Source: a virus
Lineage: Duplodnaviria; Caudoviricetes
Length of the DNA stretch: 32,944 bases
Strand: one strand, 5' to 3'
Virus record (IMG/VR): IMGVR_UViG_3300046779_000460
Coordinates: 1-32,944 of that record
Shown: positions 8,742-15,936 of the stretch, piece by piece
How positions within the stretch are numbered: position 1 is the stretch's first letter
Layout: every line of letters starts with the position of its first letter
Notes under the pieces: model-generated
The model's database searches: none
Told to the model about the DNA's origin: nothing
Seen by the model: only the letters and a program-made list of their open reading frames with translations
Program-made: the position numbers and the translations under genes

Positions 8742-8842
8742 ATAGCGCCAAGCTATTAAGAAACTACAATTGATAGTGTTTACCTATCAGGGCCGTGATA
8801 GTGTTTGCCTATCGATTCCGGGAACTCATAGGCAGCACCTAT
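8742..8842. promoter_or_regulatory. Four ATAG-N7-CTAT boxes (OxyR/LysR-type)
   Basis: Perfect copies start at 8742, 8773, 8798 and 8828; two one-mismatch copies lie at 8617 and 8648. Confidence 0.6.
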
Positions 8843-9015
8843 TGTCACCCAGTACAAACCCTTAGATACTGTTTAGACTGCATTAGAGGGTCATAGAGGC
8901 GTTTTTACCTGTTTTGATAGTTTAGTATTAAGAGGATGCCATGCTCTGGTTTCGAGGGTAAACCCTAATATATAAAGCATGAGCAAATCATAACTAAATT
9001 GTATAAAGAAAAGTG

Positions 9016-9044
9016 TTGACATACTATATAGAACTGTCAGACTA
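9016..9044 (+). promoter_or_regulatory. Possible early sigma70 promoter
   Basis: TTGACA at 9016 with A-rich upstream element; the -10 is weak (TG-T-CAGACT); lies upstream of the first plus-strand gene. Confidence 0.45.
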
Positions 9045-9089
9045 GAGTCAGTTGTACATTTTCAACAGTAGATAAGAAAGGCAATAACC

Positions 9090-9299
9090 ATGAAGATTAC
9101 ACATCATTGGAATGTAGAACGGGAAGACGGCACAAACTATACAAGATTCTTTCTTGATGATGGTAAAACACTACAATTAGAATCAAGCGATGATTCTTGG
9201 ATTTTAAGAGGTCAAACAGGTCGTAAAATCAGCAGTAAAACATCAGTATTAAATGCAATTAAACTAGTATCAACATACTTTGACGAGGTAAACGCATGA
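9090..9299 (+). CDS. Early hypothetical protein
   Basis: 69 aa, GAAAGG RBS, first gene of the plus-strand block. Confidence 0.75.
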   Translation: MKITHHWNVEREDGTNYTRFFLDDGKTLQLESSDDSWILRGQTGRKISSKTSVLNAIKLVSTYFDEVNA

Positions 9300-9583
9300 A
9301 AGGTTTAGAGCGTAAATTAGAGCAATATTCATCATTAACAGTAGAACAGGAGAATAGAACCATGAAAACATTGACAGATTACACAATTGAAGAGTTTCAT
9401 AACTTGGGCCGTGATAGTTTGCTGACACTCTTGGCAGACCATGACAGAGATGGTGAGTACACTGATGTCCATCGATTGGCATTGGGTGAAGAGTGTTTGA
9501 ACCATCAAGAGGCACTAGAACTCTGTGTTTATCATTTAAATGAGTATCTTGACGATGTAGTTAATTTTTATCAAAGGGGTTAA
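9296..9583 (+). CDS. Early hypothetical protein (alternative in-frame start at 9362)
   Basis: ATGA overlap with GAGG RBS; a second ATG at 9362 has an AGGAG RBS. Confidence 0.7.
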   Translation: MKGLERKLEQYSSLTVEQENRTMKTLTDYTIEEFHNLGRDSLLTLLADHDRDGEYTDVHRLALGEECLNHQEALELCVYHLNEYLDDVVNFYQRG

Positions 9584-9585
9584 TA

Positions 9586-9777
9586 ATGTTTTTATATCAC
9601 ACCAAATCTACTCACGCATTGGTCCGTCAGGGTTTCACAGAATTAGACACATGGCGTAAAGCATTGGGCGATAGTGAGCCGTTATTAGTATTTGCCGAGC
9701 GTTTGCCTATGCTTGATGCACCTGAATATTTAGCATCCGGGCACACATCTAAACACAATTTTATTGTCAGGGGATAA
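9586..9777 (+). CDS. Early hypothetical protein
   Basis: 63 aa, AAGGGG RBS, tightly packed with neighbours. Confidence 0.65.
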   Translation: MFLYHTKSTHALVRQGFTELDTWRKALGDSEPLLVFAERLPMLDAPEYLASGHTSKHNFIVRG

Positions 9778-9779
9778 TT

Positions 9780-9920
9780 ATGACTAAATCAGAATTCATT
9801 GCAATTTGCACAGAAAAAACCATTGACCCATCATTAGCATTAGAGAATGAAGAAGTAAGAGAGGCGATTAAACTTGATGATGTTTATTGGTTGATTGCTA
9901 TACTTGATAATCAGTTTTAA
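9780..9920 (+). CDS. Small hypothetical protein (46 aa, not in the ORF track)
   Basis: MTKSEFIAICTEKTIDPSLALENEEVREAIKLDDVYWLIAILDNQF; AGGGGA RBS. Confidence 0.7.
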   Translation: MTKSEFIAICTEKTIDPSLALENEEVREAIKLDDVYWLIAILDNQF

Positions 9921-9922
9921 CA

Positions 9923-9975
9923 GTCAATCTGATGATGGGATTAATTCCCGAAACACTCGCAAGAGTGTCATTGAC
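9923..9975 (+). ncRNA. Type I hammerhead ribozyme
   Basis: Stem I GTCAAT/ATTGAC; core CTGATGA; stem II GGGA-TTAAT-TCCC; GAAA; stem III CACTC-GCAA-GAGTG; GTC cleavage triplet, with the cut predicted after 9969. Confidence 0.92.
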
Positions 9976-10005
9976 AACGCAGTATCCTAACTTGGAGGTA
10001 TTAAC

Positions 10006-10347
10006 ATGAAACAAACTATCAACCTTAACGACTTCCGCAATGCGTTCCAGAGCATTCGCCCAAATAATTTCTCTTATGAGGGATTGGAAGTTTTGTTCGA
10101 TTATTGTGAAGATTTAGAAGTATCTTGCAATGAAGAAATGGAACTAGATGTTATTGCTTTATGTTGCGATTATGCCGAATCTAGTTTTGAAGAACTAATT
10201 CACCAATATGACATCGATGTCAAAGGTGTTGCAGAAATAGAAGAGTTTGTATTAGACTTTATGAATGATAGAACCATCGTTTTAGGTGTTGGTGACACTC
10301 CTAAGAATTCATCATATAGTTGCTCTATCGTTTATCAACAATTTTAA
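10006..10347 (+). CDS. Acidic early hypothetical protein
   Basis: 113 aa, strong GGAGGT RBS. Confidence 0.85.
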   Translation: MKQTINLNDFRNAFQSIRPNNFSYEGLEVLFDYCEDLEVSCNEEMELDVIALCCDYAESSFEELIHQYDIDVKGVAEIEEFVLDFMNDRTIVLGVGDTPKNSSYSCSIVYQQF

Positions 10348-10357
10348 GGAGATAATT

Positions 10358-10813
10358 ATGACTAAAATTAACATTGAACAAGTTTACACAGGCGGAGGTT
10401 GTGAACATCTCTCTATTCAGTTTATTGATTATGGGGTGCAGTTTGACATCATGAACGCAAACGAATATTCCACCAATGATTTGCCAGAAAATGGGGAGCC
10501 GTTTTGTTTCAATCTCTGCAAGATTCAAGACGGTATCGATGGGGATTATTTAGAAATCTCTGACCGGATTGACAATTACAACAGTGAAACCATTCAGGAT
10601 TTCTGTTTGGGGTATCTCGCGGCCCGCAAAATGAAACCGATTATTAAGGCAGAACCTGAGCCATACGACATTGAGGGATTGTTTTTATCGATTAACGACA
10701 TCCATCAACAATATGATGATGGCATTATTGACAGAGATGAGGCAAATCGCATCGCTAAGTTATGTTGCGAGGCATTCATTGATTGGAATGAACTATTTAA
10801 CGAGGATAAATAA
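10358..10813 (+). CDS. Acidic early hypothetical protein
   Basis: Start moved to MTKINIE, which has an AAGGAG RBS; 151 aa. Confidence 0.8.
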   Translation: MTKINIEQVYTGGGCEHLSIQFIDYGVQFDIMNANEYSTNDLPENGEPFCFNLCKIQDGIDGDYLEISDRIDNYNSETIQDFCLGYLAARKMKPIIKAEPEPYDIEGLFLSINDIHQQYDDGIIDRDEANRIAKLCCEAFIDWNELFNEDK

Positions 10814-10815
10814 TT

Positions 10816-10983
10816 ATGAAAGAAATTAAACTAGAAACAATTGCGGACGATATTCAAACCAATAATGTCATTGTGTTCGATGTCATTTCTTTCATTGATG
10901 AATGGTCTACGGACCATGACAAACAATGGAGGCAATATGCTTTGGAATTGATTGAAGAAATTGAAGAAAGGCTAATAAAATGA
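10816..10983 (+). CDS. Small acidic hypothetical protein (55 aa, not in track)
   Basis: MKEIKLETIADDIQ...EEIEERLIK; GAGGA RBS. Confidence 0.7.
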   Translation: MKEIKLETIADDIQTNNVIVFDVISFIDEWSTDHDKQWRQYALELIEEIEERLIK

Positions 10984-11057
10984 AATCATTACTTCTGACT
11001 GGTTTTGCACTCTATAGCAGTTTGTTTGCGTTGGTATATATTGTTTTCTATTTATGA
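10980..11057 (+). CDS. 25 aa single-helix membrane peptide (not in track)
   Basis: MKSLLLTGFALYSSLFALVYIVFYL; ATGA overlap, GAAAGG RBS. Confidence 0.6.
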   Translation: MKSLLLTGFALYSSLFALVYIVFYL

Positions 11058-11067
11058 AAGGAACTCT

Positions 11068-11229
11068 ATGACACGCTCAGAAATGCAGTATCAAATATGG
11101 ACCGACCTAGGATATCTTGAGGGTAAGACTGACCCACAATATCAGAAACACCTGTGGCGTTTATCTGATGATGAACTGTTTAAACTATGGATGAATATTC
11201 ACAATGCTAGAGAGGCATACAAACAATGA
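11068..11229 (+). CDS. Early hypothetical protein
   Basis: Start moved to MTRSEMQ, which has an AAGGA RBS; 53 aa. Confidence 0.7.
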   Translation: MTRSEMQYQIWTDLGYLEGKTDPQYQKHLWRLSDDELFKLWMNIHNAREAYKQ

Positions 11230-11327
11230 AAACCTTAATCTTTTGGTGCATGACATACCTAGTTTTAGCTTATGTTGTCTATCACCTTGTTGGAGTGCTG
11301 CTGTGTTATACTTGGGAATACCTTTAA
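11226..11327 (+). CDS. 33 aa membrane peptide (not in track)
   Basis: MKTLIFWCMTYLVLAYVVYHLVGVLLCYTWEYL; ATGA overlap, GAGG RBS. Confidence 0.6.
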   Translation: MKTLIFWCMTYLVLAYVVYHLVGVLLCYTWEYL

Positions 11328-11418
11328 AACGCATTTAAACTGCTTTGGTGAGGTTTTCTTAAAGGTGTTGGTGTCTGGGTATTACTTAATCAATTTAAAT
11401 TGAATAGAGAGGCTTTTT

Positions 11419-11676
11419 ATGAATTACAACAATAATCGATATTATGAACCAGAAGACGGAGATTTTGATGAAGATGCTTTTAATGAATCTGTGGATTGTC
11501 TATTAGCATCCGATGGGGAGTGTTATTGGGCCAATGAATCCAATTGGTATGAGGCATTAAGTCAATTGGAATTGGATGAAGACTATGAACCTAATACCGC
11601 ACCTGCGGAAGTCATTGACAAAGTCAAAGCATATTGGAAAGACATTGCTGAGAATATTGCGGAAGGGGAATTTTAA
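11419..11676 (+). CDS. Highly acidic hypothetical protein
   Basis: 85 aa, GAGG RBS, over a quarter Asp/Glu. Confidence 0.8.
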   Translation: MNYNNNRYYEPEDGDFDEDAFNESVDCLLASDGECYWANESNWYEALSQLELDEDYEPNTAPAEVIDKVKAYWKDIAENIAEGEF

Positions 11677-11936
11677 TGAGATGCCAATGTTGCAACGCCA
11701 TGTTGACCGATTATGAGGCAACAATTAAACACGCCATCACCCGGAAATATGTGGAAATATGTACCGATTGTCTAAAAACAATTGATGCTTATATTCCAAT
11801 ACAGGTAAGGCAAGATTTAATGAATGAATCTGACACTACACTGCCTGAGCAGTTGGCTGACGGTGATGGATATATTGATGGTGGTTTAGATGCGGAAGAC
11901 CCTGAAGACTATTGGACAGATTGGGACAATCGATAA
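11676..11936 (+). CDS. Zinc-finger protein with acidic tail
   Basis: CQCC and CTDC motifs; TAATG coupling to the upstream gene. Confidence 0.75.
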   Translation: MRCQCCNAMLTDYEATIKHAITRKYVEICTDCLKTIDAYIPIQVRQDLMNESDTTLPEQLADGDGYIDGGLDAEDPEDYWTDWDNR

Positions 11937-12058
11937 TGTTCACGCTTGCGGGTAATATAGGTATCGGTATAGTTAATATAGTCTATGCCATACTGTGAAT
12001 ATAGACTACTAACAATTAACATCAAACAACAATCAACGATAGTCTATGTTGTAAAAGC

Positions 12059-12087
12059 ATTATACTCAATTTTGTAAATGTTGTCAA
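12059..12087 (-). promoter_or_regulatory. Perfect-consensus sigma70 promoter, antisense to the early genes
   Basis: TTGACA-17 bp-TATAAT on the minus strand. Confidence 0.85.
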
Positions 12088-12110
12088 GTCTTTTATTTTT
12101 GTCTTATGTA

Positions 12111-12138
12111 TTGACTTTTTATGGTTATGTCTTATGAT
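12111..12138 (+). promoter_or_regulatory. Sigma70 promoter for the methyltransferase/replication block
   Basis: TTGACT-16 bp-TATGAT, back-to-back with the antisense promoter. Confidence 0.65.
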
Positions 12139-12166
12139 TGTATTGTCTTTTAACTAGGGGGTGTTT

Positions 12167-12337
12167 ATGAATCAAAGCCACAACGAAGAAGCTCGGTATC
12201 ACTTTATTATGATGGACTTTGTTGATTTAATTGGTGATTATGGCTATGACAAGGTCATGGACGATTTGTCTACGGCAATCGCTGACAAGGTTAATCGTTT
12301 AGTAGGTAGAGCAGTTATGGAAGATATCAATGATTAG
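12167..12337 (+). CDS. Small hypothetical protein (56 aa, not in track)
   Basis: MNQSHNEEARYHFIMMDFVDLIGDYGYDKVMDDL...; AGGGGGT RBS. Confidence 0.7.
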   Translation: MNQSHNEEARYHFIMMDFVDLIGDYGYDKVMDDLSTAIADKVNRLVGRAVMEDIND

Positions 12338-12554
12338 GGATGCAATCTTTGTTGGAGTGTTCGCACTAGGTCTATTGTGTGGTTGGGTTGCAAACAAAGT
12401 TGAGTTTGACCACACTGGCTGCGATGATTTTACAGGCAAACATCAACGCTATGAGGCTTGGCTTAGTGTTCGTGACGGCGTGTATCGTTGCTTTTGGATT
12501 GAGAAAGATTACCCACACAGAGTGCGTGTACAAGGTGTTATTGATGTTAAATAA
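12330..12554 (+). CDS. Hypothetical protein with N-terminal membrane anchor
   Basis: Hydrophobic segment AIFVGVFALGLLCGWVA; 74 aa. Confidence 0.7.
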   Translation: MIRDAIFVGVFALGLLCGWVANKVEFDHTGCDDFTGKHQRYEAWLSVRDGVYRCFWIEKDYPHRVRVQGVIDVK

Positions 12555-12565
12555 AAAGGAATCAT

Positions 12566-13930
12566 ATGAACTATCTTAGTGTTTGTAGTGGTGTTGAGGC
12601 GGCGACAGTAGCGTGGCATTCGTTAGGATGGCAACCTGTTGCATTTTCTGAAATTGAGTCATTTCCATCAGCAGTACTGGCTCATCATTATCCAAATGTT
12701 CCTAATCTTGGGGACATGACTAAATATAAGGAGTGGAATTTAAATGAATCAATTGACATTCTTGTTGGAGGAACTCCCTGCCAATCATTCTCAGTCGCAG
12801 GACTTCGTAAAGGACTTGAAGACCCACGAGGAAACCTCGCACTCACCTATGTTGGAATTCTTGACCGATTTAGACCCAAGTGGTTCATTTGGGAAAATGT
12901 GCCGGGTGTCCTCAGTTCAGGCGGTGGACGGGATTTTGGAGCCTTCCTCGGGGCGGTGGCTGAACTCGGGTATGGGTTCGCATACAGAGTGCTTGATGCT
13001 CAAAACTTCGGAGTCCCACAAAGGCGCAGAAGAGTGTTTGTTGTCGGACATCTTGGAGACTGGAAACCTGCAGCAGAAGTATTATTTGAGTCCGAAAGCC
13101 TGTCAGGGGATTTTAAATCGGGCCGCAAGACGAGGAAAAGTGTTACCGGTTTTGTTGAAAGTAGCTTTGGACAATATCGTGAAGATGTCATCGCAGGAAC
13201 AACCAAAGCCAGTGGAGGAGTCTTAGGTGGTGGTTCGGAAACATTCTATGTTGAAGACATTGCAAATTGTTTACAGACTACTTGTCATGAATGGAGCAGA
13301 GCAGATGGTTTTAACATGATTGCGTATGAAAACCATCCATCCGATAGCCGTGTTCAAGAGATGGGCGAAACCTGTCAGACTGTTACATCTACATGGGGAA
13401 CTGGCGGTGGTAACATTCCGTTCGTGCAGAATGTTTCGTATGCTTTACAGGGTGCAGGCGCAACAAGTCAAACTGGAAATGGGATGGGATATAAGGAAGA
13501 GCAGTCCTATACATTAAATACGACAGATGTACATGGTGTTGCGTTCGGTTGGCAAAACAGTTCCAACCAAAGTATGTCGGTGGATACTATTTCACCAACA
13601 TTGGATAAAAGCAAAACACCTGCGGTTGCAGTTCCATTGACAAATATTGTTGCACCAACTCTGACGGCATCCAATAACCCAAGTCGCTCACCGCAATCTA
13701 CTGAAGTCACTAATCAAGTGGCATCTGTCTATGCTGCAAGCACCGCAGTTCGTCGATTAACGCCTATAGAATGCGAACGATTACAGGGATTTCCTGATAA
13801 CTACACACAGATTCCTTGGAATAAGAAAGTTTCTGCTGACTGCCCGGATGGTTTGCGTTACAAAGCAATGGGTAACTCAATGGCTGTGCCTGTGATGAAC
13901 TGGATTGGCACACGCATTAATAATCTGTAA
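12566..13930 (+). CDS. C5 cytosine DNA methyltransferase
   Basis: Motif I variant SVCSGVEA, catalytic GGTPCQSFS, ENV, QRRRRVF, RRLTPIECERLQGFP and GNS; long variable region. Confidence 0.95.
   Translation: MNYLSVCSGVEAATVAWHSLGWQPVAFSEIESFPSAVLAHHYPNVPNLGDMTKYKEWNLNESIDILVGGTPCQSFSVAGLRKGLEDPRGNLALTYVGILDRFRPKWFIWENVPGVLSSGGGRDFGAFLGAVAELGYGFAYRVLDAQNFGVPQRRRRVFVVGHLGDWKPAAEVLFESESLSGDFKSGRKTRKSVTGFVESSFGQYREDVIAGTTKASGGVLGGGSETFYVEDIANCLQTTCHEWSRADGFNMIAYENHPSDSRVQEMGETCQTVTSTWGTGGGNIPFVQNVSYALQGAGATSQTGNGMGYKEEQSYTLNTTDVHGVAFGWQNSSNQSMSVDTISPTLDKSKTPAVAVPLTNIVAPTLTASNNPSRSPQSTEVTNQVASVYAASTAVRRLTPIECERLQGFPDNYTQIPWNKKVSADCPDGLRYKAMGNSMAVPVMNWIGTRINNL
12744..13226 (+). CDS. Overprinted +1-frame methyltransferase partner polypeptide (beta-subunit-like)
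   Basis: 160 aa with its own AAGGAG RBS at 12728-12733; contains LSDILE...KYYLSPKACQGILNRA, resembling a segment found in C5 methyltransferases. Confidence 0.75.
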   Translation: MNQLTFLLEELPANHSQSQDFVKDLKTHEETSHSPMLEFLTDLDPSGSFGKMCRVSSVQAVDGILEPSSGRWLNSGMGSHTECLMLKTSESHKGAEECLLSDILETGNLQQKYYLSPKACQGILNRAARRGKVLPVLLKVALDNIVKMSSQEQPKPVEES

Positions 13931-13986
13931 CATAAATGATACATAAAGTAGGGTTATTGTAAATAATACGATACATTAGGAATGTT

Positions 13987-14160
13987 ATGACTAAGAAAAC
14001 CAGAGCAATGCTTGAGGCTGAGAACGATGAATTGCGTAGAGGAATAATACCCGATGGTTATGTTTTCCTTTGCATTCACTGTGCAAAAGAGTTAAAATTG
14101 TTTGAAGGGACTGAAGATGGCATGGAAGTGTCCACCACTAAACCTAGTGAATTGGAATAA
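13987..14160 (+). CDS. Small hypothetical protein (57 aa, not in track)
   Basis: MTKKTRAMLEAENDELRRG...CIHC...; AGGA RBS. Confidence 0.65.
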   Translation: MTKKTRAMLEAENDELRRGIIPDGYVFLCIHCAKELKLFEGTEDGMEVSTTKPSELE

Positions 14161-14182
14161 CTTTTGGAAATGGAGAAAACCA

Positions 14183-14353
14183 ATGACAACTTTTACCAGC
14201 GAGGATAGAGAATTATGCGAACACGATTTGATGAAACAAATCAAAGCATTACAGGACGAACTAGTCAAAACACAAACCGAACTAGTTATGGCACTGGCGG
14301 AGGTGCAGGCACTTCGATGTCAACTCATTACGGCAGAGGGGTCAAGGCATTGA
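14183..14353 (+). CDS. Small coiled-coil protein
   Basis: Start moved to MTTFTSED, which has a GGAG RBS; heptad pattern. Confidence 0.65.
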   Translation: MTTFTSEDRELCEHDLMKQIKALQDELVKTQTELVMALAEVQALRCQLITAEGSRH

Positions 14354-15936
14354 CTGAGAGTAAATTTTTATATCACATGGCTTGCGACGAGTGCGGTTCA
14401 AGCGATGGTAACGCTATGCACAGCGATGGACACACTTACTGCCATGTATGCCACACATACAAGGCTAGGACAGGTGAAATTACGAAAGATTACAAAAAAC
14501 CAATGAACAAGGAACTAAACTTTTATGACAATGCTTCTTCTCGTAGTATCGTTAATCGTGGTATTACTTCGGCTACTTGCGTAGCTTACGGCGTTAAACA
14601 GGATGATGGTAAACACTACTATCCCTACTACGACATTGATGGCAAGATGGTCGCTATTAAGACTAGATTGGTAGAAACCAAATCATTTAGCATTGCCGGT
14701 GACTTCAAAGAAGCCACACTCTTTGGGCAGAATTGTTTTACCAAATCAGGTCGATACTTAACTATCTGTGAGGGTGAACTAGACGCTCTGGCTGCTTATC
14801 AGATGCAAGGTAGTAAATATCCTTGTGTCAGTATCCGCAGTGGCGCTAGTGGCGCTCTGAAGGACTGTAAAGCAGAATACGAATGGATTGATTCTTTTGA
14901 GAATATTATCTTATCGTTTGATGCTGATGAACCCGGACAGAAAGCAGCACAGGCTGTCGCCGAGTTGTTTGGTGGCAAAGTTAAAATCATGAAACATAAG
15001 ACAGGATACAAAGATGCCTCTGATTATCTTGAAAATGATGCTAGTAAGGAATTTGTTGATACTTGGTGGGCTGCTGAATCTTACATACCTGATGGAATTA
15101 TTCAAGGTAACACCCTCTGGGAATTGGTATCGTCTCCTATTGAGAAAGCTGATTGTGACTATCCGTATGACGGCGTTAATAAACTCACATACGGCATTCG
15201 CAAAGGGGAACTTGTCATGGTCACAGCAGGCTCTGGTCTTGGCAAATCTCAGTTCTTACGAGAAATCGTTTGGCATATCCTTAACAAGACTAGTGACAAT
15301 GTCGGACTTATGTTTCTTGAAGAGGGAGTCCGCAAGACTGCTAGGTCGCTTATGTCTTTGGCGGTGAACAAACCCATTCACTTACCTGATGTTGAAGTTA
15401 CTTCTGAGGAGTTAAAAGATGCTTTTGATAGAACTTTGGGAACTGACCGCCTGTATTTGTTTGACCATTTTGGCAGCACTTCTTTGGAAAACATTGTCAA
15501 CCGAGTACGATATATGGCTAAAGGTCTTGGTTGTGGTTATGTCTTTCTTGACCATATTAGCATTATCGTTAGTGGCGGTGATGTTGGTGATGAACGGAAA
15601 GCTCTTGATGCCATCATGACTAAGCTACGCATGATTGTGCAAGAGACTGGCATCAGTTTGATTTGTGTCTCCCATCTCAAGCGTAACGAAGGTCGTGGAC
15701 ACGAGGAAGGCGCTGTTACATCCTTGGCACAGTTGCGTGGCTCAGGCGCTATTGCACAGCTCTCTGACATCGTCATAGGACTAGAGCGTAATGGACAGGC
15801 TGAAGATATGATTGAACGCAATACCACTAGTGTCAGGGTGCTGAAGAATCGATTTAGTGGATACACTGGCAATGCTGGCTCTTTGCTGTATAATGGACAA
15901 ACCGGAAGAATGTTAGAGATAAAGGACACACTATGA
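14350..15936 (+). CDS. T7 gp4-like DNA primase-helicase
   Basis: Zn finger CDEC...CHVC, TOPRIM motifs CEGELD and FDAD, Walker A AGSGLGKS, LDHIS, LRGSGAIAQLSD, KNRF; likely TTG start overlapping the upstream TGA. Confidence 0.95.
   Translation: MTESKFLYHMACDECGSSDGNAMHSDGHTYCHVCHTYKARTGEITKDYKKPMNKELNFYDNASSRSIVNRGITSATCVAYGVKQDDGKHYYPYYDIDGKMVAIKTRLVETKSFSIAGDFKEATLFGQNCFTKSGRYLTICEGELDALAAYQMQGSKYPCVSIRSGASGALKDCKAEYEWIDSFENIILSFDADEPGQKAAQAVAELFGGKVKIMKHKTGYKDASDYLENDASKEFVDTWWAAESYIPDGIIQGNTLWELVSSPIEKADCDYPYDGVNKLTYGIRKGELVMVTAGSGLGKSQFLREIVWHILNKTSDNVGLMFLEEGVRKTARSLMSLAVNKPIHLPDVEVTSEELKDAFDRTLGTDRLYLFDHFGSTSLENIVNRVRYMAKGLGCGYVFLDHISIIVSGGDVGDERKALDAIMTKLRMIVQETGISLICVSHLKRNEGRGHEEGAVTSLAQLRGSGAIAQLSDIVIGLERNGQAEDMIERNTTSVRVLKNRFSGYTGNAGSLLYNGQTGRMLEIKDTL

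Noticed and set aside
8551-8842. Possible CRISPR array among the repeats
   Set aside because: Repeats are too short and degenerate, without regular unique spacers; no cas genes.
9971-9999. TTGACA as a -35 element
   Set aside because: No -10 at 16-18 bp; better explained as the 3' strand of hammerhead stem I.
11165-11171. Second CTGATGA as another hammerhead core
   Set aside because: Inside a coding region, with no stem II, GAAA or stem III following.
14215-14349. N-terminal 45 aa extension of the primase-helicase
   Set aside because: Overlaps the upstream gene; the TTG at 14350 coupled to its stop fits the expected start just before the zinc finger.
15014-15619. +1-frame ORFs inside the primase-helicase
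   Set aside because: Leu/Ile/Met-rich, as expected from T-ending codons of the host gene; no local codon shift.
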